DNA of 64,000 nt, taken from NCBI GenBank assembly GCA_964016885.1, contig OZ024740.1, positions 340,814,001-340,878,000 on the forward strand. The letters run 5' to 3'. The DNA is from Eledone cirrhosa. Lineage: Eukaryota. Within the stretch, counting starts at the first letter, position 1. Each line of letters starts with the position of its first letter. Made by a program: the position numbers and the translations under genes. Of the stretch, positions 24,883 to 38,614 are shown in pieces. The notes under the pieces are model-generated. The model saw only the letters and a program-made list of their open reading frames with translations, had not been told where the DNA came from and did not search any database.

Positions 24883-24964
<82 letters not shown>

Positions 24965-24974
24965 TATATATATA
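24883..24974. repeat. (TA)n microsatellite ~90 bp, starting ~87 nt into the intron after the exon
   Basis: Directly visible. Confidence 0.95.
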
Positions 24975-25060
24975 GCGAGAGAGGGCGGGTGCAGGATTAT
25001 AAAATCAGATGAAAATTCTGTAAATAAGTATAAAATAATACATGTTACCTTACTGCTTAC

Positions 25061-25202
25061 CTCTCTTTCATTATCTCCAAAAGGAATAGCAAGGGTTCCC
25101 ATAGCTCGAATAATAGCTACTAGGGACTGTATCGTATTACTGTAGACAACAGGTTTATATTGTTTGTTATCTTCACTTGTAAAACCACCTTCATGAATAA
25201 TC
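25061..25202 (-). CDS. GNAO1: Internal coding exon (exon 3 equivalent) of heterotrimeric G protein alpha-o subunit
   Basis: Translates (K)[47 protein letters not shown], the Go-type [15 protein letters not shown] segment. Minus-strand acceptor is pyrimidine tract + TCTCACAG|G; donor is GAG|GTAAGC. Length 142 bp, phase 2 in and phase 0 out, as in Gi/Go exon 3. Exons 2 and 4 were not found by eye in the window. Confidence 0.95.
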
Positions 25203-25599
25203 CTGTGAGAATAAGAAGAAGAGAAAGAAAAGAAAAGAATAAGTGAAAGTAAAAATAAAAGTAGCAATAATGTCATGTTAACTGTTCTGGAAAGAGAATT
25301 TAGAATGGCAACATGTTTAGAGAAGAATTCTTGTAGCAATACTACTGAGTTTTTACACAAATGAAAAAAGAGAAAATTTCTAATCAATGTAACAAGACGT
25401 GATCTAATTAGTTTGCTTCAAGTTGGCAATTCTTCGGAACTAGCCAGAAGTTAATCTGGCATACAATCTCATGACTCATTCTTCAAATAAGCTGGAAATG
25501 ACTGTAGTCTTCACACAATGCTCATGGGATGGCAGAAATAGATAGTAAATCGAGTTTTATTTCAATACAAAAGAAACAATATATGTGTGTGTGTGTGTG

Positions 25600-25647
<48 letters not shown>

Positions 25648-27227
25648 TATATATATAATTATCTTAAAAGAAAATAAGCCTCCAAACCTAAGATAATAAA
25701 AACTGTTTTAGAAATATTAAACAAAGAAACCGGGAAGTTGAAGAAAAAAAGATCAAAAGAATAATCAAGTGAAATCAATGGTTTTAATGTTATAGTGTAT
25801 GGAAGGCAATTCTTTGAATAATATTTCTAGGGGATTTCTCAATTAAAAGTAAAGGCATATGTGAAATTGTGAAGAAATACCTGCAATGAAAGCTACCTAC
25901 AATATCAAGAACATTTTTTTTATAATGGCCTAGATAGTGAAAGGTTGATTGTATGATATTTGTACATGTAACATCAGTGTACATGAACTATGAACAGATG
26001 AGATACAAGGAAAACTATATAATAGGAATCAGATGTTGTTAGGTAAAAAAAGTGCCAGAATTTTCAAATAGAAGGAAGCTGCAAAAGAGGAAACCCAGGA
26101 AGATATAGGTAGAAGTGGTGAACGCTGAGCTTAGGATGCTAATTCTCACAAAGTAGATGATAAAGGGATGCAACAAGTGGCATGATACTGTTTTTGGAGA
26201 GGACTATCCAAAACAAGTAAGCATGGAAAATGGATGTAAAAATGATGAATATCATCATCATTATATCATTAATATACATTATATTTCCTTACTAGTGCAG
26301 TTGACTTTTCTCTGTACTGATTTTTTCCAGAAATTCTATCCAACAGATCATTTTCTCCAATTGTAGCCAACCTTCAGTGTTCACTTTCTTGTAGTAAACC
26401 TTTTCTAACACTACAACAAGCAAGCCTCCTACATGGTCACTTAATCTGCTAGAAATAACAGTCAAACTTCCCTCAAATAACTACTATATTAGATAGAAAA
26501 GAATACACTGGACAATATAATCCCTGACATGCATAAAAATGGGATGGTCAAGATAGAAATGCTTTTGACCTGACCTAGGGTTAAAACAATTACTATTTCT
26601 AGTAATCTAGCTAGCCAATTCATAGTAATCTTGTACATCTGCTATATCTAAATATTTCCTCCAGTAGAGATGACTAAATTCATTCATGAGATTTTTGTTG
26701 ATCTTGTCTCTACTTTTAACAGCAGATGTCTTCTCATGAGCCACTCACACCTATATTGCTTTCTCATTGCACACTGGACTGCAGAATACTAGTTCTTATA
26801 GCACTTGTGCTCATAGAAAAAACAAGCTGTTATTCAAACCTTCATCATACCTAAAAGAACATTTGTCATAAAGTTATTGTTAGCTAAATAGGTTTGAGAG
26901 TTTGTTCAAAATTTTAAAGGAATTCTAAAATTAGATAGTATCATAAAAAAAAAGAAAAAAGTTTATGTTCATTTGCAGTGTAAATTTCAGTAGGATTTGC
27001 ACTACCAATAGTCCCGATATGCTGCTAATGGCACTTATACACTAAGACCAGTTTTTATATACTGCATGTAGCTATATTTAATTCATGAGGGAAGAAAGCC
27101 TCAATTTGTTACAAAGAGTGTGTTTTAATACTCTGAGACCAAACATTTATGCAAATCAATCCCAACGTTGTAGATTTAACAAATTTTTTTTATACTTTGT
27201 ACACAGATCTACATATTTCATAGCCTC

Positions 27228-27845
27228 CACATCATCATCATCATCATCATCATCAACGTTTAACGTCCGTGTTCCACGCTTGCATGGGTTTGGACGGGGG
27301 TAGTCCCACTTGAGGCAAGAGTGATTGTCTTGCTCGCATAGGACTGTCTGGCAGGTTTTCTACAGTTGGATGCCCTTCCTAACACCAACCACATTTACAG
27401 TGTGGGTCTGGGAGGTTTTTACCGTGTTGCCTACACGGCCACATTACAGCGTGGACTGTGTGTTTTTTTTTGTCGTGACACCTACACGATCTCATTTGTT
27501 TCGGCCTGGATGGCGCGGCACCAACATAACTTTACATAGAACGGGGTGGTGTGGATGGGGTGGGGGTGGTGGGACGGGGTGTATTTTGTTAGAGATGCCT
27601 ACTGGCTGGAGTAGGTTTTACTATATATTTAGGTAAGGCGGGTCTTCTCTGTTACTGAGTACCGCCAAAGGTCTCGGTCCAGTGACATTGTCTTGGAGAG
27701 GTGTAAGTGTGTGATGTCGGAGTTTATCAGCTCGTCCCAGGTTTTTCTAGGTCTGCCTATTCCGTGACTACCGTCTATCTTTATTGCCCTGCACTTTGTT
27801 ATACAGCTATCGACTTTCATGCGCATCACGTGTCCATACCACCCT
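27228..27845 (-). mobile_element. 5'-truncated RTE LINE
   Basis: GWYGHVMRMKVDSCITKCRAIKIDGSHGIGRPRKTWDELINSD; 3' UTR and (CAT)n tail on +; same family as 42968-44745. Confidence 0.9.
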
Positions 27846-30781
27846 AACTAAAATGGCTCTGAGTGTAGTAATCTCACTGCCTCATTTTTGGCTACTTTTG
27901 TAGTCACACTATATATAACAAACTTTTGCCTATCTCTCCCACTTCACCAGTCTTACCACCTTATATCACACTTGCCAAGTGTAAAATATCCTCTGATTGC
28001 TCCAACACAAAATGATCAGTCTTAATGGCCTTCTTTCCATCATACTCCAAAAACATGTTCTACAGCTTGGTTCCTATTCTCACCAAACTCTCCTAGCACA
28101 AAAGAAGACTTAGCAAAAAGCAATCAAGCTGACCTGAAGAAACTAGATTTCAGAAACGATGGAGGACAAAGATATGTTTGTATGTGTAGAAGGTGGCTGA
28201 GGCAGACTACATATATTACAGTATTTAGTTTTATCTCTCTTGATTCATAGTTCTTATCCTACCTAACTCAGCTATATCTTTCATGCCTTCCAAATTAATG
28301 AAATAAGTACTAGCCATAATACAAGTGGTAGTTACATTGGCATACTCCTTCCTCAAAAGATTATAAAAATCATTGGCAGAAATTGTTGAAAATTGAACTA
28401 GTTTTATCCCTCTACATTCAGTATTTTACTTCTAATTTCTCTGGAATCAATTACATAAGTACTAGACTTATACTGGTGTTGATTAAACCCCATCTCTAGT
28501 GATATCTGTGCCAATGTAAGGAGTTTGCATTAGTTTCAATAGCAGTATGAGGGCAGAATTAAGACAATAGATATTTCATTCAATGTTTTAAGTTCAAATC
28601 CTATTTGGAGTTCATTTTGTTTTTATCCTTCTGCCGATTGAGCCTTCAACCTACTGAAATTGTGAAGTAATGTTTATAGTAAAATTAGATTCCTGTGCAA
28701 CACAGGTGCTACATGTAGTGACTCCAAAAGCATTCTTAAAATAAATGTCAACACTAAAGAGAATTATAGCAACATTATTAAAACTGAATAGAAGAGGTCT
28801 TAATACTTAATATCATAAATAACCACAAAGAAATGAATATTCTCTGATTAAGGGATTCCACCACTGAAATGCACACATTATTTTAATGATGAATGACTAA
28901 TCTGGAAACAGTAGTAAATACATGATAAGTGAAAAGAAAAAGACACACACAGACATCATATCACACTTAATCAACCATGTTCTAAATAAACAAAAGCATT
29001 AATTCATCTTGGTAGAAGTACAATGACAATAGTTAGTAGTGCAAGAAATAGAGCTCCATTAGACTACAACATGGCAGAATACAGTTGCTTTAATATCTAA
29101 GTGAAATGACATTCTAATTGTTGTTTGCCATCAATGGACTGCAATACAAGTTCTAACAATGGCAAACAAACCCCACAATATAATGCAAAGAATTCAAAAG
29201 CCAGCAACAAAGGATAAAATGGATGAAGGAAAATAGATTAGATAATAGAGAGGAATTTAGTTTCAATCAGGGTCAGTATCAATTTATATTTGTTGACCTG
29301 AATGAAGCTAATATTTGTAGAAATAAAATATTCTCTATATAATAACTGAGCACATACAGCTGGAAAACTATAGTGTGTGTGTGTGTGTGCACGCGCATAC
29401 ATGCACCATAAATGATTAACAAATAAAACCAACCCTCTACAAACATTGCCATTGTTTCTTTAGTTATCAAAATATTAGTTTATGAACAGAAATCACTCCA
29501 ATGCTGATAAACTAAATAAATTTAGTTGAAGCAGTTGTACATAATTGAGAACTAAGTTTGTCGGAGCTAAAATTAGAGAGGACATTACTTAACGTATAAA
29601 ACAAAATTGGCTTGTGTATACTGACTTCCAAAAAGAATGATGTAAGCTCCTCTTCTTTTCTCCAACATTACTCCCATTTAAGCCATTTGTGACTATATTT
29701 TAATAAAACACTTTGGATTTCAGTTAATCAATGAAGAATTTTGAGGGATTTAATAAAATTATTATTTCATTACTAAGATAGTAACTTAACATAAGGTTCT
29801 TACACAAAATTATGCTGGAAAATTTTAATTTAGATAGAAACCCTTTAAAATAGGTGGTTTTATTTCATATTACCAGAGCAGGTTGGTAACAAAAAGGTTA
29901 AGAAATCATATATTTCAATAAATATTTTGCTTCTTTCTAACTTTTATTGCAGCCTTTTCATCAGTTATTGTTATTTATTCCAATGAAATACCATGCTAAA
30001 ATGTCTTCTTTACATAATTTCACCCCCAACCCATCAATTACCAAATATACTAATAAATTAGTCACCCCCTTTTTGGTTTTATTTAATATTTTAAGCCCAG
30101 AACAAGATTCAATAGATAAGGCATGTGGCGTTTTTATTTATTTATTTATTATTATATATTTTCAGTGAAAACTGTGACTTATCTATGAATACACATACAT
30201 CCATAATAAAGTGTTTAGAAGAGTTTGAATTAAAATATATTTTACTACATATAGAAATTAAATACAAATAATAAAAAACAGCAGCTTTATAGTATTCTAC
30301 ATAGCAACAATTGGAAGAAAGGCCTTCTATAAGATATATTCTCTAAGGAGACAAAGTATTTTTCTTCAGTAAAGAGGTTTCATACTTGAGCTTCTAACCT
30401 CTTTCCTGGTCATATATCTTTGTTGTAAAGGTACTGTATTTAGAAGGTGTAATAAATAAATGAACACCCCCCCCCCCCAAAAAAAAAAAACCTATGATAG
30501 CTTTTATAATGCTTTGAGTTAACATTTTTCCTTGTATTAATCACTATGCTCAGAATGCTGGCCCACTGAAACTCCCTCCCTGCTCATGCCTTTCCAAAAT
30601 GAGTGGATCATTATCGTTATCTAATTTTATGTAGAATATTAATGGCATCTGAAGGCCATGGCCACAGCCCCTTCCTCCAGACCTACTAAGAGAAAAAAAA
30701 ATGTAGCATCCCTCATCATGGTGATATTCACTCATTTGGATTTATTTCTAACATTCATTTTTTTAGTATGCATTATTTTGT

Positions 30782-30945
30782 TGGTGGATTGGCAGTATCG
30801 GTAGAGCGCCAGACACCATGCTTTGCAGCATAGAGTTATGGCTCTTTACGTTCTGAGTTCAAATCCTGCCGAGGTTAGCTTTGCCTTTCATCCTTACGGG
30901 GTCAATAAAATAAAGCAGCAATAATACACTGGGGTCACACTGGGG
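30782..30945 (+). mobile_element. SINE family B, 3'-truncated
   Basis: TGGATTGGCAGTATCGGTAGAG head, GAGTTCAAATCC B box and the central domain. Confidence 0.8.
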
Positions 30946-31456
30946 TCATATCCTATGTACAGTTTCTAATGATCGGTATGGTTTGTTGCAGACACATTGC
31001 ATTACATTAACATTGTTGATGTTGATTAATAACTATTTTAATCTAGCAGATCAGATCAGATTATTCAAAATAATAACTAAACCTTAAATTTCTTTTGGGT
31101 TGCCTTTTAAAAGTTCTAATAATAATATATAAAATATGAAGACATTAATTGTTATTAAATTATAGAAATAATCTAAATATACCAACTTTAAGCATTGAAC
31201 CATCTTTTTTTAATACAAAACTTCTTAAACACACCCCAGCAGATAACATGCCATTCTTGTTTCACATAGAATACCATTCCTCTGTAGCCGACATTCTGCT
31301 TATCAGTTGTCCCCATTAATTATTAAGCTATGATACCATGACTTTTCATCAAATGTTGTTTTATTGAAGTTACTATTTATTGAAATGACATTTCACAGAG
31401 TAATTTTATAAAAAATATTATTTTGTAAAATAATTGTAAATATATGACAATTTTAT

Positions 31457-31802
31457 ATCATCATCATCATCATCATCATTTTACGTCCTCTTTTCCCTGC
31501 TTGCAAGGGTGGGACGGGAACTGATTCTGGCTTGATTTCTACAGCTGGATGCCCTTCCTAACACCAACCTCATTTACAGTGAGTGCTGGGTGCTTTTTTT
31601 GCCGTGGCACCTCCACGACCACTTTGCAGTGGAATGATATGGACCCCTGTCTCTATCATCTCATTTCTACAGCTGAGTAAAGTGGAACAATGTGAAATAA
31701 AGTGTCTTGCTCAAGGAAACAACACATCACCCGGTCTGAGAATTGAACTCACAACCTTTCGATTGCAAGGCCAATGCTCTAACCACTAAGCCATGTGCCT
31801 CC
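31457..31802 (-). mobile_element. SINE family A, full length (tRNA head, CORE-like middle, RTE-type 3' end with (ATG)n tail)
   Basis: Pol III A and B boxes; CCTTGAGCAAGACACTT CORE-like motif; (CAT)n tail on + strand; flanking ATTTTATAT duplication at 31450-58 and 31811-19. Confidence 0.9.
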
Positions 31803-34699
31803 ATGTGCCTATTTTATATATAAAATAATTTTAATATGAAATAAAAATAGATTTTGATTCGAAAATTTAATTTAGAAAAACAATAGCTTTATATAGTTTG
31901 ATTGTCAAAACAAGACAGAGTTTAAATAAACAAGAATGTACATGGAAGAAGATAGTACATGAAGCAAACAAAATATATTTATAAAATTATTCTATAAAAG
32001 TTGTTTTGATAGCAAGTTGTTCAATTAATGATCATTTAATGAAAAGTTGTGCCATGGCCTACAAAAATTCAAATTGGACCACAATCACAGTTATCCTTAT
32101 TCCTCAAATAAGAATCACCAGAAGAATTTAAAAGATCTGATGCTTCTCTTCAAATTGATTAATAAAAACAAAGAAATTATTAAACTTATATACTATTTTA
32201 TAACCCTACATCACAATCAACATGAGAGATACAATTTTTGATAATTACCAAATGTTACAAGAATTATTTCTACAATTATATCTGATTTCTACCACTAAAA
32301 TAAGAGAGGAATTTATAGTCAGCCAGCTAAACCGGAGGAAGCAAAATTACATGCTGAGCTCAGGTTCACAAAACAATAGTCTAGTGAGGTTTGAACTCCA
32401 AGATTTATGGTCACTTATACTCCAGTTCTATAACACCACAGCCATTTTTACAAATACAGTATTTGATTTTCCTAGTGAACTGTACATCTTCTGTTGCTAT
32501 AATTTATTACAGGCTCTATGAAGTTTAGTAATACAGTAATAGTCTATTTGAATATTTAGTTATTATTACAGATGATTTATTTCATCTATTATTAAACATG
32601 TTGTGACATGCTTAATTATTGTGTGACAGAGAAAGAAAAAGGTAGAGAGTAGAGAGAGAGAAAGATGGAATGGAGAGACTGAGTTATTGATTAAAATATT
32701 ACACACATGCAAGCTAAATCTCCAAAGGATATCAGTTTATATAGTGTAAGGGTTAGCAGTACATTTGCATAGCCTGTAGATCAATTCAAGTGAGGATTTG
32801 TCTTCTCAACTTCTATATAATTGAATATATTTTGTGGAAAATTCTAAAGTAACCTATCCTTTAATGTGATTGTTAATTGTTATCCAGTATGTCTTAATGT
32901 ATTATTAACTGTGTAGTAATTCAATATAATACAGCAAGTAAACTGAAAAATAAAATCTAGAAGATAGCCCAAATTAACTTTTATGAGTATTAAATGGATT
33001 TTGGCAATGATGATGATGTTTATACTCTTGAAGTTGTGTTTGTTTCATGTAGTAAGGGTTGGTATCAAGAGTTAAAAAAAACCTAAGGGACCTCTTATGA
33101 GATGCAATGTCATAGAAGGCCAGCTAAACCTGTACAGATATGAACATTAACAAATTAGGAGTTCATAAAAAGGAATATATGAGCTTTTGTTTTCAGCTCA
33201 AGTTTCTTCAGTCTAGTACAATAAAAGGATCCAGAACTGACACCCATAGAAAATTCTATATACAGACATCGTGGTACTCTTTGAGAAATTGACTCAACAC
33301 ATGAAAATAAAATCTAAAATCTATGGGAGTTTAGATTTCATATTTGAAAGTGAGCTGAGATACAATAAAGATTTTAGTTAGCAGTAGGGATTTCTGCATA
33401 AAAACAATTTCAATGAATTCTTATTGTGATGGTTTTACAGGATATTTAGCAGAATTTTAAAAGGTCTAACAAACACTTTAAATTGAGCCATGGAGGGTGC
33501 TTGTGTCAAGGATCCACCCCACCCCTTTAACCAAAGAGGAAACCAAAACTAAACAACAAGCTTCTACATCGACATTCAAACTGCAAGAAATAATAGCATA
33601 CTCCCTCAAATTACACCCTACTGTCTTAAATAAAGAAGGATGCATTGAACAATGCAGTCCTTGATATACAGAAAGATGGTATCCTCAAGGCTAGAATCAA
33701 TCATCCATCTAAACTGCATGGCCATGCAGTTGCTGTATTGGTGCTGCACTTTCAAATAGTGCTATACATGTTGCCATACAGTAGCAATGAATTTTTAATA
33801 TTTTTGTTCAAAGCAACAAAATTTCATCTTCAGCGGTTACAAAAAATTAGAGGGAACATTAGCTAGAACGCTCTTATAAATAACATCACTTGAACCCTCT
33901 TGATACCAAACCACCTGAAACTGCTTCTGGTTTTATGGGACAGAAATTCTATTTTTAAATTAAACACTCAAATTTACTGAAAGAACTAGTAAAACATTTA
34001 GTAAAAGTGGCTTGGTTGATTTGGACTTTTATTGGCCTTGTCACGACAATAGCAAAGTGCTTGTCTTTTTGTATAGAATGTAAATAGTATAATGTATGTT
34101 GATAGGAAATGGTAAGTAAGGAGTGAAAGCAGAAAAATTCCCAGTGATTGGATTAGAAAGAATTGTGTGTGAATCAATGAGTGTATGATTCCAAATATAC
34201 AGATTTAGTTTAAAAATGAAAAGAAAGGAGTTCAGATTTGGACATATAAGAATTGCATATGTAAGTTTGATTAATAATTGGAACAGATATATGCAAAAAG
34301 ATGATTTAAACTGCATGGACCCACAATGACTATAACTAGCAAAAGAGTACAAGTTATATATACACATACATGCACATATGGAATTATAACATTAGTTTCT
34401 ACTAATACTAATACTATGGTTAAGTCAGTTGAATATAGTCTCGAATCTTACTAAAAAATTAAGTAAAAAATATGGGAAAAAAGGATTTCATATATCTGAA
34501 ACCCTCTCCATTAATTATGTTATTTTCATGAATATAATATGAATGATACCAATATTAATGATGATGATGCTTACGATGACAATTCTTTCCTCTCTCATTA
34601 TCCAATTGCCATTCACACCTCTCATACTAATCATCAATTTTGACACTTCAACCATAATATTCTTTTATCAACCAAATATTAATTATAATATCCTAAAGT

Positions 34700-35085
34700 A
34701 CGACAAAAATAGAGAGACGGCTGAACGCTTTCCACCAACGGTGCCTGCGAAAGATCCTTCGTGTGTCCTGGCGCGACCAAGTGCGGAGAGCCGAGTCGTG
34801 GACGCTACAGAGAGTGGTCACGGAGCGTCGGTGCCATCTGGCTGGACATATTCTGCGTCTGCCAAATGAATGGCATTCGAAAACAGCGATGAACTGGACT
34901 CCGCCTGGCGGTAAACGGAGGCGGGGTTGCCCAAGGATCACCTGGTGACGAACGTTCCGGAAGGACCTGATTGGCAGCCAACATCACCTGGCACGGTCTC
35001 GAAAAAGTTGCCGCTGATCGTGACCGTTGGCGAGTACTTACTGCTCGATGCGCCTAACGGCGCGGAAGAATCTGAGACTAAGAAG
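34700..35085 (+). mobile_element. GC/CpG-rich RTE-clade LINE 3' fragment (distinct family)
   Basis: ERRCHLAGHILRLPNEWHSKTAMNWTPPGGKRRRGCPRITW, the RTE ORF C-terminus. Confidence 0.85.
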
Positions 35086-35441
35086 TATCTAAACTAATGC
35101 AATTATTTGCTGTATAAATCAAGCCCCTGCATTCTATATCCAATGTCATTCCAGAATATCTTATTTCTCTTAGACCATTGAGTAGATTTCATCATATAAT
35201 TATAGTTTAACAAATAATGACCTAAAAGAATAAATTTTTAATTCTAAACTAGAATCCAGAAAAGCATTGAATGCTGTTTCTTTTCTAGTGATTAGTTGAG
35301 TATTTCAGATAATTGCAAATGAATGTGTATCAGTACATCAGAGAATAAGGTATTTATTTCATGAATAAATACCTTAAGTCACACCTCATTTTACATACTA
35401 CACTCTTGGATCAGTACTTGAATTAATCTTTTCGTGACCAT

Positions 35442-35442
<1 letters not shown>

Positions 35443-35496
<54 letters not shown>
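35443..35496. repeat. (CAT)n tail of an RTE/SINE fragment
   Basis: Followed by TTAACGTCCATTTTTCCATGCTAGCATGGGTTAGA. Confidence 0.9.
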
Positions 35497-35831
35497 GCAT
35501 TTAACGTCCATTTTTCCATGCTAGCATGGGTTAGATGGGTTGTCCAGTTTAAGGCAAGTTGGGTTAGGTGAACGTAATGAAATACACTCTCTAACTAACA
35601 AAGAATTTTGAGAAATTTATTAAAATTATCAATTATTTCATTACATTATTTTAATGTAATGAAATGTAATGAAAATTATTGCTGGTAGGAAGGGCATCAA
35701 GCTGTAGAACACATATCAAAAATGAAACATATGAGTGAAACAAGATCTACGAACTGTATAGGAAGGTGGTAACACTAAATAAGAACTGACATGAGCCATG
35801 ATAACTCATCTATGCCAGCATAGAAAGATGA

Positions 35832-35897
<66 letters not shown>

Positions 35898-37112
35898 AGT
35901 GTGTGTGTGATCTAAACAAATTAATATGAGGAAATCTTATATCTTATTACATAATAGACAGACCCTAAATGAATAAATGCTCCAGTCAAATAAAAACTAG
36001 TAAATAATAAAATAATTAAAAAAAACACAAAAACAATACCTATATAAATGGCAACATTTTGACCAAAATTTAGTTTCTGAGGTAATCCACAATGTTAATA
36101 CATATAAACTATAATTGGTTAATATTTTAAAAAAAAGAAAGATTTTTAATTCATTCATAAATATCTTCATTATATTTTCTTGAATTTTATACATTTCAGT
36201 CCATTGCTATAAATGCATACACAGAACCAATGAACTGTTATAACACCCTGCCTTTTTTTATCTTTTTGATATATTACCACTATAATTCTTTAGTTATATT
36301 GAGAACTTGACAACCTTTTCAATGCTAATGCCAAGATAAAATGCAGTCAGGATACTTTCGAAAGTGTTTGGCATAGAGAAGGGCATCAAGTTATAAAAAC
36401 CATACCAAAAATTGGAATGTTTGAATGTGAGGTGATTTTCTGACAAGACTAGTTTGGCAGTAACTCCTAATAAGAACTGACTTGGACTATAAGAATCTGT
36501 CCAATTTGTGCATAGAAAATGGATGTAAAATGCTAAGTAAATCATCATATTTCCTTATTATAAGTACTTTTTTAAGAGTAAAACAGATTGTACAATTGTA
36601 ATAAACAAATTTTATATATATACATTCTGTAAAGTAGTAGTGCTAGTGCCATGTAAATATACACCCAATACACTCAGTAACGTGGTTGACATTAGGAAGG
36701 GCATCCAGCTCTAGGAACCATGCCAAAGATGGAATGTATGAACAAGGAATGGTTCCCTGATCTGTCTAACTTCAAATCGTGACAACCAGACCAATTCATT
36801 CAGTATGGAAAATAGACATGATTATGATGATGATACACATGTATGTGTTTGTGTATATAAAAAATCTGTGAATCCATTGGATATCAATGTTTAGAATCCT
36901 GAACAACACCAAAAAATATGCAACAACATATCAGTTAACTGTTATTGTCCAAGAGTCTGATGATTCATATTCAGATAAAAGCAACAGGATATTGTGAAAT
37001 TATTGTTAGCCTGTTGATTTAACAGGTTTTTAGAGATACATACACATATTTTAGCTCTAAAATCCTCTATACTGAGTGCTTTTTCTACTAACATATGTAA
37101 GTTGCTATATCT

Positions 37113-37144
<32 letters not shown>

Positions 37145-37145
37145 T

Positions 37146-37244
37146 ACAGTGGAACCTTGGTTCACAAGCTTAATTCATCCCTGAAAGCCATTTGTCATCT
37201 GAAATGTTCATAAACCGAAATTATTTTTCTCATATGAAATGTTG

Positions 37245-37323
<79 letters not shown>

Positions 37324-37545
37324 GAGAGAGACTGTGTGAAAAACAGATAGATATCACTATAGTAACTAACTACATAGCAGGTGACGCTTTCCCGCTGATA
37401 CTCCCAGCTTGTTGCCAACTGTTGTTGCTGGCTTGTGTGTTCATTACTCGAGACACTGTACGTGTACCAAGACATTTTATGTTTGGAAAAGTTGTTCATG
37501 GACCAATTTGTTCATGATGAAAGACGTTTTTGAACCGATGTTGAT
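37146..37545. mobile_element. Degenerate Tigger/pogo-like MITE containing (GA)n
   Basis: TA-CAGTGGAACCTTGGTTCA left end; partial right end TGAACCGATGTT. Confidence 0.45.
37248..37331. repeat. (GA)n microsatellite
   Basis: Directly visible. Confidence 0.95.
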
Positions 37546-37680
37546 GGATGTGAGAATGAGTATTTAATACCACAGTTGAGTTTTGTGACTGGAGTTCCAC
37601 TCACACGATCAACAGATAATTCTTGTCTGAGTACACAGGTGAAACTCTAGAGTAACAAGACTCATCAGTTAACCATAATA

Positions 37681-37714
<34 letters not shown>

Positions 37715-38583
37715 CCAGTTGGTGAGTAATACTAATTACTACACTTGGTACTTGTTTCAGCACTCAATACTTTTATGTGAATTGGATATTCAGTGTTAAA
37801 AGTGCAGATTAACATATTTTGATTCTAATCTCCATTGCATCTGATGAGCAAATTAATCCTAGAGATGAACTGAATATAAATGATTAAAGCACTGAGCTGG
37901 TTATTTATGAAACATGTGTTACACATGATTATGAATAAAATATGTTGAATTGAAACTGATATATTGCTTAATATATGTACACACACATACATATATATAC
38001 ATATGTATATATATACACACACACATACATATATATATACATATGTATATATATACACACACACATACATATATATATACATACATTTATCATCCTCATC
38101 ACTGTTTAACAGCCATTTTTCCATGCTAGCATGGGTTAGACGAGCTGTTCCATTATGAGACAAGTCAGATCAGGTGACTGTGTCTTGCTCATACAGAACT
38201 GTTAATGCATGTGTGTGTGCATATATATATATATATATGTACATATATACATGCACACACACACATTCATGATATATATACATACATATATACACCCACA
38301 CATACAGAAAAAGAGGATTGGGTTTTAACTCTGGTGTGAAATGCAAATAAACAAAAAAAAGAAAGAAAGAATAAAATAAAGAAGTACTCAATACTGTTAG
38401 ATAGATGGGAATAACATAAGATTATTTATTCTGTCAAGATGTAGAAAGCAGTGAATGACCATAAAACATGGAGAGAGAAGAAATAAAAATTAAATGAAGC
38501 TAAGAAAGTAGATCTAGGTATGAGGTAGTGTTGCAATATAGTTGTGTCATATGATGGGTAAATAGCTAGAAGTCTACAAGTGG

Positions 38584-38614
<31 letters not shown>

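Noticed and set aside
24785-25387. 200-aa ORF as a complete gene
   Set aside because: Only 25061-25202 is G-alpha-like and splice-bounded; the rest is polypyrimidine tract and (TA)n read-through.
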